DNA from: an uncultured candidate division Zixibacteria bacterium
GTDB lineage: Bacteria; Zixibacteria; MSB-5A5; GN15; FEB-12
Direction: 5' to 3'
DNA: 64,000 nt
Assembly: GCA_963664195.1 (NCBI GenBank)
Contig: OY760907.1
Coordinates: forward strand, 1,536,001 to 1,600,000
This document shows, piece after piece, positions 1 through 10,291 of this stretch. Positions within the stretch are counted from its first letter, which is position 1. Each line of letters begins with the position of its first letter. Both the position numbers and the translations under genes were made by a program. The notes beneath the pieces are model-generated. The model saw only the letters and a list, made by a program, of their open reading frames with translations. It made no database searches and was not told the DNA's origin.

Positions 1-1250
1 TCACCCCATACTGCTTGCAGACTGATGGTGGTGTCGAGGGCCGCGTCGATCGTCACACCGGACAGGGAGCCGCCGCTCAGTTTGCGTATTACCATGTTCT
101 CGCCTACGGCGAATCCGATGACGTTTGAAGCGGTCCAGATATCGTTGAAGTCCGGAACATCGACGATTTCAAAGAACTCCCACTCGGCGCCGCTGGAGCG
201 CAATGCGGTTTGCCCCACCACGTAGACCTCGGAGGTGACTGTGTCACCCCAGATACTGAGGAAAAGGTACTCGGTCCCGGTCTCGATTTCCGTCCAATCC
301 GAGCCGTCGTAGTGAACGAGTGTTCCGTTTGTGCCGCAGGCATACACATCGTTAGGTGCTAGACCGAAAACGGAATAGAGATCGTTGTCGACTGTGCTGG
401 CCTGACGTGACCAGGTGGTACCGTCGAAATGAATGATCTCACCTCCGGCACCAACTGCAAAAACGGAGCTGTCTGACCAGCCCCAGATATCTCTGAGTGT
501 CTCGCTGGTGGGAGTACGCATGACGCTCAAGTCTCCCGTGGCGGCGTCGAGATATACCACCGCTCCCCCCACACCGCAGGCGTAGATGTCATCATCGGAG
601 CTTCCCCAGAGACCGTACAGGCGGACATCGCCTCGCTGGGTGAGGGTCTCCCAACTAAGGATGCCGGTGATGGAGTCTTTGACAGATCGTGCGAATCTTC
701 CGCCGTCGCCGACAACGAAGATGTTACTGTCGTTGCTTCCCCAAATATCGAATATCGCCGAATCGAAATCCAGAATCTCTGGCACGAACGCAACGCCGTT
801 GCTGTGGGCGAAATAAGGCTCGTCCCATGTCAATATCGACGGTATGGTGTCATCAATGAAAACCGTATCACCGGCCGTATCAAGTTCTACTCCGGAGTTA
901 TAATCGGAAATCATGCCGACCGCGTATATGTCTGACGTAGAGGTGCCCCAGACCGAATAGAAAATCGTATCAGCCGTTATGCCGCCTGAAGCTGTCGGAT
1001 GCCAGGTGGTTCCGTTGCCAAACTGGATATCGCCGTACTCTCCGCCGACGTAGATCTCGGAGCCGGACAGACCCCATATCGTCCACCAGGCAGTTCTCAC
1101 CGGCAACGATCTCACCTGGCTCCACTCGGCTGTAACGGGAGTAGTCGTTACGGGGTTTTCATCGTCGCCGCAACCGGCAGCGAGAATCAGGGCGAAAAGA
1201 ACCGCCAGAATAAACCAAATCTTCACATGTTGCTTGCCTGTCGAATTCAT
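1..1250 (-). CDS. Lipoprotein with W-G-x-S-x-x-D-I-Y-A-x-G repeats (likely beta-propeller); 3' end runs off the window
   Basis: Not in the ORF track because it has no stop in the window. Hand translation from ATG 1250 gives MNSTGKQHVKIWFILAVLFALILAAG-CGDDENP (lipobox), then repeats such as WGLSGSEIYVGG, WGTSTSDIYAVG and WGSSDDDIYACG; the frame is still reading LQAVWG at the window edge. Confidence 0.8.
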   Translation of the reverse strand, partial: MNSTGKQHVKIWFILAVLFALILAAGCGDDENPVTTTPVTAEWSQVRSLPVRTAWWTIWGLSGSEIYVGGEYGDIQFGNGTTWHPTASGGITADTIFYSVWGTSTSDIYAVGMISDYNSGVELDTAGDTVFIDDTIPSILTWDEPYFAHSNGVAFVPEILDFDSAIFDIWGSNDSNIFVVGDGGRFARSVKDSITGILSWETLTQRGDVRLYGLWGSSDDDIYACGVGGAVVYLDAATGDLSVMRTPTSETLRDIWGWSDSSVFAVGAGGEIIHFDGTTWSRQASTVDNDLYSVFGLAPNDVYACGTNGTLVHYDGSDWTEIETGTEYLFLSIWGDTVTSEVYVVGQTALRSSGAEWEFFEIVDVPDFNDIWTASNVIGFAVGENMVIRKLSGGSLSGVTIDAALDTTISLQAVWG

Positions 1251-1458
1251 AATCATCCTAATTGATAAGAAACTACATCCCTGCGACCCTTCGCGTTGCA
1301 CCTTATACACGTTTGTAAAAGCGGGGTCGCATTCAAGCCCTAAGTATATGCCGCTTCGGCAGTAGCGACAACAGAAAAGTGCCGGTAAACGGTTGTTGAC
1401 CGGGACCGCAGGGAAAGGTAGTTTTCCTGTAAGTTACAGAATCCCAACGGAGTGAGTT

Positions 1459-2733
1459 ATGAAGTGCGTTTTTGCGGTAATCGTCATCCTGCTACTGGCA
1501 CTCCCAATTGTCGGGCAGGACGTGGAAATGACGTCCGGCAGTATGCTTTTCGAGGATTCCTCCGGTCTGGCTGATCCGGTGAAAACGCTCGAAACCGGCG
1601 TGTCGATGTATCCGCTTTCGCCTGAGCGGTACGAGAAACTGGTTTCGTACTCGCGATTCAACAATGTTTGGAGATTTGTTAGCTTCGGGCTCAGCCTGCT
1701 CACGATGGGGATAATCCTGTTCACCGGGCTTGGGGCCAGATTCCGCGATTGGGCAACGAAGATCAAACCGAGGTTTTTTGCGGTCTGGCTGTTCTTAATC
1801 CTCGTGCTGGTGACCGATTACATACTGTCGTTGCCGTTCAGCATCTACCGGAGCTTCATCGTTGAGAGTGATTACGGTTTCATGAACCAGACCTTCATGC
1901 AATGGTGGAGAGATGACCTTATCGGGCTTGCGCTGGTTTTGGCGATCGGCGTTGTCCCTATGTGGTTTTTCTACCGATTGATCGAGAAGTACCGTCGTTG
2001 GTGGCTGTATTTCTCGATTGGCACGATTCCGTTTCTTGTTCTGACAGTGGTCATTGTACCTGTGGTGGTTTCTCCTATGTTCAACGAGTTTCAACCGCTT
2101 CAGGACGAAGGGCTGGAAACCGAAATCCGGGCGATGGCAGCCAAGGGAGGAATAGGCGATGCGGATATATTCCAGGTCGACGGTTCAACGCAGTCGAGCA
2201 AGATCAACGCCTATGTCACCGGTCTGTTTGGCTCAAAGCGGATAGTGCTGTATGACACGATGATCAAGAATTTCACCCACGACGAAATCAAGTTCGTCAT
2301 GGGGCATGAAATGGCGCACTACGTCATGCATCATATCTGGCAGGGATTGGTGTTGACGGTCCTGTTCCTGACCTTTGCGTTGTGGCTAATGAACAAGACG
2401 ATTCACTCGGTGATACGTCGATTCAAGAGGCGGTTCGGGTTTGACTCTCTTTCAGATATTGCATCGTTGCCGCTGGTGATGATTTTTGCCGGCGTGATCT
2501 TTTTCCTGTTCCAGCCGGTGACAAACGGATTCAGTCGACACAACGAGCATCTCGCCGATGAATACGGCATGCAGATCAGCGGCGTATCCGGCGAAACGGC
2601 GGCGATTGCCTTTGACAAACTGTCGGTTTACAATCTGTCCGACCCGGATCCCGGCGCGATTGTCGAGTTCTGGTTTTATAGCCATCCGGCACTCAATAAA
2701 CGGATGGCGTTTGTTCGGAACTGGGAGAAGTAA
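1459..2733 (+). CDS. M48 family (Ste24/CAAX prenyl protease-like) membrane zinc metallopeptidase
   Basis: HEMAH zinc motif, NAYVTG, RIVLYDT, SRHNEHLAD, YSHP; several TM segments; N-terminal signal. Confidence 0.9.
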   Translation: MKCVFAVIVILLLALPIVGQDVEMTSGSMLFEDSSGLADPVKTLETGVSMYPLSPERYEKLVSYSRFNNVWRFVSFGLSLLTMGIILFTGLGARFRDWATKIKPRFFAVWLFLILVLVTDYILSLPFSIYRSFIVESDYGFMNQTFMQWWRDDLIGLALVLAIGVVPMWFFYRLIEKYRRWWLYFSIGTIPFLVLTVVIVPVVVSPMFNEFQPLQDEGLETEIRAMAAKGGIGDADIFQVDGSTQSSKINAYVTGLFGSKRIVLYDTMIKNFTHDEIKFVMGHEMAHYVMHHIWQGLVLTVLFLTFALWLMNKTIHSVIRRFKRRFGFDSLSDIASLPLVMIFAGVIFFLFQPVTNGFSRHNEHLADEYGMQISGVSGETAAIAFDKLSVYNLSDPDPGAIVEFWFYSHPALNKRMAFVRNWEK

Positions 2734-2743
2734 CGCCCGGGCC

Positions 2744-3487
2744 TTACGGCTTGCGGGCGATGACCATGATTTCCCAGCCGTCGGGGTCTATCTTGCATCG
2801 TTTGAAGTTGCCGACCTCGCAACCCCACACTTGCTCGACCTCGAACCCGGCCAGCTTCATCATGAGCGTCAGCTCTGAGGGTACGTACCCGCGCTCGCGG
2901 CTGGCGTAGACTTTCTTTCCCTCGGCGGTTTCATACTCAAGATTCTCAATCTCGACCAGCGTAAGGGGATCGAACGTGCCTTTCTCGATTGCCTCTTTGC
3001 TGGTCAGTCGGATCTTTCTCAAGGCACTCAAGGCCGTCAGGATGAACTTCCCGCCCGGTTTGAGCGCGGCAAAAACGTTTCTCAAGACGGAGAGATCATG
3101 TTCGTGGGGGTCGTCGCCCTCGCCCAGCAATCCGAACGAACCTTCGCAGAGGCACACGGCGGCTTCGAACTGTCTATCAGTAGTGAATTTGGTAGCGTCC
3201 GCTTTGATCAACTCAACCTCAACACCGACCTCGTCGGCGGCCTTACGGGCCTGCGCGAGCATGCCGGTAGAGAGGTCGACACCGGTAACGTTGAGACCGT
3301 GTTTGGCGAGTTGCACAGAATGACGCCCGGTGCCACAACCCATGTCGAGTATGGCCGCACCTTTTTCGAGTTTTAGCTCATCGAGAAGAAACCCGACCTC
3401 CTGATCGGTTCCCTTCGTGAAGATGTTTTCCATGTACTCCGGGGCATGGTGATCGAAAAACTCTTCCCAACTACCCTCTTTGGTCAT
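2744..3487 (-). CDS. Class I SAM-dependent methyltransferase
   Basis: ILDMGCGTGRH motif I, GVDLS, LKPGGKF. Confidence 0.9.
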   Translation of the reverse strand: MTKEGSWEEFFDHHAPEYMENIFTKGTDQEVGFLLDELKLEKGAAILDMGCGTGRHSVQLAKHGLNVTGVDLSTGMLAQARKAADEVGVEVELIKADATKFTTDRQFEAAVCLCEGSFGLLGEGDDPHEHDLSVLRNVFAALKPGGKFILTALSALRKIRLTSKEAIEKGTFDPLTLVEIENLEYETAEGKKVYASRERGYVPSELTLMMKLAGFEVEQVWGCEVGNFKRCKIDPDGWEIMVIARKP

Positions 3488-3567
3488 GACAAATTCCTCT
3501 AAAGCGGGCTTGATTTCTTTGCGCGAAGTATAAGTGCCGGACGGTGTGAAGGCAAACAGGATGAAGA

Positions 3568-4467
3568 CTATTTGCCGAGCAGTCCGCGCAGGGCGGTCTC
3601 GAGATCGGGATGGGTGAACTGGAAACCGTATTTCTCGAGTTTAGTGGGAGCGACCCGGGTTGAGGACAGCAGTGTCTCTTTGGCCATCTCGCCGAGAGCG
3701 GCTTTCAGAGCAAATGCCGGTACAGGTAAGAGTGTCGGTTTACTGAGCACCCGACCCAACGTTTTGCTGAACTCAGCACTGGTGACCGGCCGGGGGGAGA
3801 CAGCGTTGACGGGGCCGGAGACAGCCTCGTTGTCGATGGCGAATAGGGCAATGTCGACAAGATCCTTGAGTGTCAGCCAACTCATGTATTCGAGGCCGGT
3901 GCCCATTTTGCCGCCGAGGCCCATTTTGTATACCGGCAGCATTTTTGCCAACGCGCCCCCTTTGGGAGTGAGGACCACGCCGATCCTGAGCTTCACGACA
4001 CGAATGCCCTTGTCTACAGCCGGTTGCGCCGCCGCTTCCCATTCACGGCAGACCTCGGCCAGGAACCCCTCGCCGGGGGAGGAGTCTTCGCGAAGTAGCT
4101 CATCCCCACGGTTGCCGTAGTAGCCGGCCGCGGAGGCTATCACCATCGTCTTGGGCGGGTTTTCGCAGGCGGTCATGGTTTCTGCGAGAAGGCGAGTGCT
4201 CTCCACCCGGCTGTCCCGGATTAGCTGTTTGCGGGCCGGATTCCAACGGCCTCCGGCAATGTTCTCCCCGGCCAGATGTACAACTGTCTCGACATTGTCA
4301 CAGGACTCGGCATTGATTTCGCCGGTATCCGGTGACCAGAAGATAGTGCTGGAGTTTTCGTGCTCATGGCGACGTACCAGTCGAACGACATCGTGTCCCG
4401 CTTTGGTCAGCGCCAGCACCAGTGCCGACCCGACAAGTCCTGTAGATCCACTGACGATTGTCCTCAT
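3568..4467 (-). CDS. TIGR01777/YfcH (SDR39U1)-like NAD(P)-dependent epimerase-family protein
   Basis: GSTGLVG Rossmann motif, HLAGENI, RW...SRV, CREWE, GPVNAVSP, F.F.HPDL. Confidence 0.9.
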   Translation of the reverse strand: MRTIVSGSTGLVGSALVLALTKAGHDVVRLVRRHEHENSSTIFWSPDTGEINAESCDNVETVVHLAGENIAGGRWNPARKQLIRDSRVESTRLLAETMTACENPPKTMVIASAAGYYGNRGDELLREDSSPGEGFLAEVCREWEAAAQPAVDKGIRVVKLRIGVVLTPKGGALAKMLPVYKMGLGGKMGTGLEYMSWLTLKDLVDIALFAIDNEAVSGPVNAVSPRPVTSAEFSKTLGRVLSKPTLLPVPAFALKAALGEMAKETLLSSTRVAPTKLEKYGFQFTHPDLETALRGLLGK

Positions 4468-4631
4468 GGCGATATCCCTCGTCCGCTCTCAGAATTGGTG
4501 ATGCCCACCGTCTAATGTATGCCAGGCGGCAGTGCCGATCAAGTACATAGCCTCCAAAGGTGATACTACTCCTGGAAACTAGTAACAATCACCGTTTGTT
4601 CTACCGATACAGAGAGAAAGAGCGATCTACT

Positions 4632-5642
4632 ATGATGAAAGTATCTCGATACATCTCCCTGTCCGTGACTACTGCCCTGCTGGTGGTTCTATTCATGTCT
4701 TTCTCCATGGCCGGCACAATGTGTCGTTATTGCCGCAAGCCCATACAGGGTAAGTATATCACTGCCAACGGCTACGCCTACCACGAAGGCTGCTACCTCA
4801 AGCATGTAGCGCCGCACTGCGCTGCTTGCGGCAAACCGCTTGTGGGCGAGTATGTTGTACACGACGGCAAGAATTACCACGAGGCCTGCTACGAACAGAA
4901 CGTTGCGTCCCGTTGTGCGCTCTGCAACGGGATTATCGAGGGGCAGCATCTGAGGGACTACTGGGGCGATTACTACTGCGCCAGTCATCGGGGGAAAACC
5001 CCTGAATGTGACTACTGCGGCAGGTTTCTTGGTGATCACAACAACAAGGGGGGGGTGGCCTACGAGGACGGACGTCACGTTTGCAATCTCTGCCTGAAAT
5101 CGGTCATCAACGATGAGCCGAAGGGCCGCCTCCTGCTCGAAGAAGTTCGTAAACGGCTGGGGGAGTTTGGGGTAGACATCCCCAACGACCGCATTACGTT
5201 CCAACTCGCAGACCGTCGACAGATAGCGAAACAGTTCAAGCGAGGAGTTGCCTCCAAGGCGGGATATGTGGAGCATCGGTTTGAGCGGCTGGGCAATTCG
5301 GTCGTCAATCAGGAATTCACGATTTATATTCTTCGCGGAATGCCGAAAATGCACTTTGTTTCTACCGCCGCGCACGAGTTGATGCACGTCTGGCAGTACC
5401 TGAACTGTCCGCTGGACAATGACCTTGCCCTGAGCGAGGGAAGCTGCAACTATGCCTCGTTGATAGTGCTCAGGTCTGTCGGAGGCAAGAAAGCGGATTA
5501 TATCATCGAGTCGATGCGCAAGAGCGCTGATCCGGTCTACGGCGAGGGGTTCCGTCGAGTGGACAAACTTGTCATCAAGCGGGGCCAGCGTGCCTGGCTG
5601 GAGCACTTGCGACACAACCGCGATTTCCCGCCGGGGTATTAG
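4632..5642 (+). CDS. Exported LIM-type zinc-finger protein with a C-terminal DA1-like zinc metallopeptidase domain
   Basis: Signal-peptide-like N-terminus from ATG 4632; four CxxC...(H/C)xx(C/H) fingers; AHELMHVW, EGSCNY and DPVYGEGFR match plant DA1 peptidase motifs. Confidence 0.8.
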   Translation: MMKVSRYISLSVTTALLVVLFMSFSMAGTMCRYCRKPIQGKYITANGYAYHEGCYLKHVAPHCAACGKPLVGEYVVHDGKNYHEACYEQNVASRCALCNGIIEGQHLRDYWGDYYCASHRGKTPECDYCGRFLGDHNNKGGVAYEDGRHVCNLCLKSVINDEPKGRLLLEEVRKRLGEFGVDIPNDRITFQLADRRQIAKQFKRGVASKAGYVEHRFERLGNSVVNQEFTIYILRGMPKMHFVSTAAHELMHVWQYLNCPLDNDLALSEGSCNYASLIVLRSVGGKKADYIIESMRKSADPVYGEGFRRVDKLVIKRGQRAWLEHLRHNRDFPPGY

Positions 5643-5658
5643 GGCGTCAACTAACCAG

Positions 5659-5710
5659 AAAAAAAAGAAACCGTCAGGGGATTCATCCCGTTGGATGGAA
5701 CCCTGACGGT
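5659..5710 (-). terminator. Intrinsic terminator of eno (possibly bidirectional)
   Basis: Stem ACCGTCAGGG/CCCTGACGGT with an A-tract on the + strand, between convergent genes. Confidence 0.7.
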
Positions 5711-5726
5711 CACGTTTCTCAGTGTT

Positions 5727-5758
5727 GTGGGCGGCAGACGCCCTCGTCTGCCCCAGCC

Positions 5759-5759
<1 letters not shown>
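5727..5759. repeat. REP-like palindrome, family A (GTGGGCGGCAGACGCCCTCGTCTGCCCCAGCCT)
   Basis: Exact reverse-complement copy at 58843-58875 and a 28-nt copy at 8746-8773; internal hairpin GGCAGACG/CGTCTGCC. Confidence 0.8.
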
Positions 5760-7132
<1,373 letters not shown>

Positions 7133-7415
7133 CTACCTATAAGAATCTCCCAACCTGCGGTCTCGCTGAAGGTTCCGTCTGTCGATTGTTGTCCTGTCAG
7201 TATTCGTCGGCAATTGTCAAACCTGTAATACGCGGACCACGTAATTTCTTTCGGAGAGGTGAATTCATCGAAGCTATCTGTCGATAACAGTAATAAGAAC
7301 GGGATCTGACGGATTCTGTTCGGAAGAGACAAGTTTATATCGGGCCAGTCTAGTCAAATATACCTGGTCCTGGGGTCGGAACTACGCCGACCCCTTTCCA
7401 ATTAATGTCTGCTAC

Positions 7416-7448
7416 GTGCTGTCAGACGTCCCCGTCTGATGGCCATAC
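7416..7448. repeat. REP-like palindrome, family B (GTCAGACG..CCCCGTCTGA)
   Basis: Similar to the copies at 34842-34864 and 34910-34940. Confidence 0.55.
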
Positions 7449-7492
7449 TAGGAGAGCAAATCTGCTTGCGGGTGTTACTCAAGACAATGACG

Positions 7493-8566
7493 TCACTCCC
7501 ATCTGATCCAATGCGAGCCACAGGTGGCCTTGGTGCCGGACGGAAATGACTTCGGCAACAGAGTTGAGTCTTGTTCTACAAAGTCGAGCCCGCCGTTGCT
7601 TATGTACCTCAGTGTCCCGTCGTCGGCAAACAGCGACGTTATCGAGATAACTTCTTTGTTTGGAGACCCCTGTTCGTCGTAGACGCTCAGAGAGATATCG
7701 TGCAGCTCCCGTACGGGCAGGGGCACGACGGTCAAACATATCTCGAAAGTTTCTCCGGCATAGACCGGACCTTTGATCGGCTCCGGGTAGTCGGAAACCA
7801 ACATGTGGCCGAAGGAAACCTCCAGGTCCAAACCGTACGCGTGACTTTCGACCATCTCAATATTGAAACACACCGTTGATGGTTCGCCAATCTTGAATGG
7901 CGGTTCAATCTTGCAGTAGCCTGCAAATATGTTACTCCCAACCTCGCCCCGTGTACGCTGAAGGATCCTGACTGAGTCCTGGTCGAAGAAGGTAGCGCGT
8001 CCAGGCTGGCGTGCCCACCCCCCCTGAGTCAGATTGCTGCCCAAGTACTCCAGATCACCATCTCCGTTTATGCACCACACAACTCGCCCTTCATAACCCC
8101 TCATTGTCAGAGGGATGTTCACCCAATACATCGAGAAGTCCACTTGGCCAGACTCCAGAACCGTGAACTCAATAGGCAACGTATGAACATCACCCGCCTC
8201 CATTGGGCTTGGGATGTCCACAATCCGTTCACTGAGCCAATCCACATATTTCTCAGAAACGTCGAAGCCCATCTGCTGGAACAACGTGGCGGGCATGCCA
8301 TCCAAGCTAGAGTCCCTGGTCATGGTAATGGTGCCCCTGGCGGGCTTCAGGGGTTGAGGCAGTTCTTCAAAGTCGACAGCAAAGTGGAATCCGAGCATGG
8401 TCCCTTCAATGTGCGGGCTGAGGACACCGTAATACTGTCCGACTGGACTGCCGGTCTCCTCCGCCATCGAACGATATCCGCCCTGGCCGACAGCGGTCCT
8501 GACGGGCAAGAGCAGCCAGAGGAACATTAGTGGGGCCAGTGCTGTGCCGAAGTATGCGTGTTTCAT
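7493..8566 (-). CDS. Exported hypothetical protein with two apparent internal beta-rich repeats
   Basis: Signal peptide from MKHAYFG (ATG 8566); related halves ending INGDGDLEYLG and FADDGTLRYIS. Confidence 0.65.
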   Translation of the reverse strand: MKHAYFGTALAPLMFLWLLLPVRTAVGQGGYRSMAEETGSPVGQYYGVLSPHIEGTMLGFHFAVDFEELPQPLKPARGTITMTRDSSLDGMPATLFQQMGFDVSEKYVDWLSERIVDIPSPMEAGDVHTLPIEFTVLESGQVDFSMYWVNIPLTMRGYEGRVVWCINGDGDLEYLGSNLTQGGWARQPGRATFFDQDSVRILQRTRGEVGSNIFAGYCKIEPPFKIGEPSTVCFNIEMVESHAYGLDLEVSFGHMLVSDYPEPIKGPVYAGETFEICLTVVPLPVRELHDISLSVYDEQGSPNKEVISITSLFADDGTLRYISNGGLDFVEQDSTLLPKSFPSGTKATCGSHWIRWE

Positions 8567-8745
8567 CGTAGTTTCCCGTGTAGTTCGGTGACGGCAGAAC
8601 CGCTGAGCATAGCTCTGCCGACTGTGAGATTCTTTTGTTCGGGTTCTGCCCTTGGCGGCCAAGACTCCCCACACACATTATAAGACAGAACCGTCCATTC
8701 TGCAAGAGCGTATGCGGCAGGGGTGGGATCATGGGATGCAAAGCA

Positions 8746-8773
8746 GGGGCAGACGAGGGCGTCTGCCGCCCAC
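8746..8773. repeat. REP-like palindrome, family A
   Basis: GGGGCAGACGAGGGCGTCTGCCGCCCAC is the reverse complement of 5727-5754. Confidence 0.8.
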
Positions 8774-8894
8774 AAACACGGTGTCGCTGTCGTCTTACGA
8801 CACATACAAGGGGGCAGCGCGTAAATCCCCATCGTCGCACCCTTTCCGTTTTAAGCTTGCCTTCACACGCTGCGTCTTCTTATGATTTTGCATC

Positions 8895-10286
8895 ATGGAA
8901 TATATCAATAATCTCCTGGATATCGTATCCAACTTCGTGTGGGGATGGCCGATGGCTTTGCTGCTGTTGGGAGCAGGGTTCATCCTTACTTCACGAACAC
9001 TTTTCGTTCAGATTCGCGGGTTTGCCCACGGTGTGGGAATTGCCACCGGCAAGTATGACGACCCGGCTCACAAAGGACAGCTAACCCATTTCCAAGCCCT
9101 GTCCGCCGCTCTTTCGGCGACAATCGGGATCGGTAATATCGCAGGTGTCGCAATTGGTATTTACTGGGGTGGCCCGGGTGCGATCCTCTGGATGTGGGTT
9201 ACAGCAGCGTTCGGCATGGCGATCAAATACGCCGAGTGCACGCTTGCAATCAAATACCGTAAGATTGATCCCGACGGCAACGTGCGCGGTGGTCCGATGT
9301 ATTACATCGAGCTGGGTATGGGCAAGTATTTCAAGCCACTGGCATGGATGTTTGCCCTCTGCACGGCCGTGGCAGCGTTCGGTGCGGGGAACATGGTGCA
9401 GTCAAACACGATGGCGCATTCGTTGATCGATGCACTCCAAATCTCCGCTGACAATGAAGGTCTGATCCGCTGGATAATTGGTGCGGTGATCGCCGGTGTG
9501 GCCGGTTCGGTCATCATCGGTGGTATCAAGCGTATCGGCCACGTGGCATCGTATCTTGTTCCGTTCATGTCAATCATCTACGTGACGAGCGCCCTGATCA
9601 TACTGTTTTTGAATCTCGATCAGATTATGCCGGCCTTTCAGAAGATTTTCTTTTATGCCTTCAATCCGACGGCGGTTGTCGGCGGGTCCGCTGCCGGGGC
9701 AACCGTCTGGCTGACTTTTACGTGGGGACTCAGGCGCGGCCTGTTTTCCAATGAAGCGGGGCAGGGGTCGGCGGCGATGGCACATTCAACGGCCAAGGTC
9801 GAGGAGCCCGTGCGCGAGGGATTGGTGGCGATGCTTGGTCCGTTCATAGATACTATCTGCATCTGCACCATGACAGCGCTGGTCATCATTACGACAGGCG
9901 TGTGGGATTGCGGACTTAACGGCGCTCCGCTGACGATGCACGCATTCGACAAAGCGTTACCCGGCTACGGGCTGTGGATGGTTGTTATCGGTGTGATGCT
10001 GTTCGCCTTCTCGACCGTTATTGCCTGGTCGTATTACGGCGAAAAGGGAGCCGAGTATCTGGGTGGTTCGCGAGTGAAACTGCCTTACAAATGGATATAT
10101 ATCGTATTCACTTTGCTCGGGGCGCGGTTTGATTTGCACGCGGTGTGGGCGTATGCCGATGTTGCCAACGGGTTGATGGCGGTGCCGAATCTGGTGGCTA
10201 TCGTCGGGCTGTCAGGAGCGGTGGTCGCGATGACAAAGAAATACATGGACGAGAAGAAGCGCGGTATGCACCGGCCATTTAAGTAG
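8895..10286 (+). CDS. Alanine/glycine:cation symporter (AGCS/AlsT family)
   Basis: ATIGIGNIAGVA, GGPGAILWMW, GGPMYYI, RGLFSNEAGQGS, FIDTICICTMT. Confidence 0.95.
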   Translation: MEYINNLLDIVSNFVWGWPMALLLLGAGFILTSRTLFVQIRGFAHGVGIATGKYDDPAHKGQLTHFQALSAALSATIGIGNIAGVAIGIYWGGPGAILWMWVTAAFGMAIKYAECTLAIKYRKIDPDGNVRGGPMYYIELGMGKYFKPLAWMFALCTAVAAFGAGNMVQSNTMAHSLIDALQISADNEGLIRWIIGAVIAGVAGSVIIGGIKRIGHVASYLVPFMSIIYVTSALIILFLNLDQIMPAFQKIFFYAFNPTAVVGGSAAGATVWLTFTWGLRRGLFSNEAGQGSAAMAHSTAKVEEPVREGLVAMLGPFIDTICICTMTALVIITTGVWDCGLNGAPLTMHAFDKALPGYGLWMVVIGVMLFAFSTVIAWSYYGEKGAEYLGGSRVKLPYKWIYIVFTLLGARFDLHAVWAYADVANGLMAVPNLVAIVGLSGAVVAMTKKYMDEKKRGMHRPFK

Positions 10287-10291
10287 GCAGT

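Noticed and set aside
8570..8894. Glycine riboswitch upstream of the AGCS transporter
   Set aside because: No GGAGA...CCGAAG...CTCTCAGG aptamer pattern seen; the gap holds REP-like elements.
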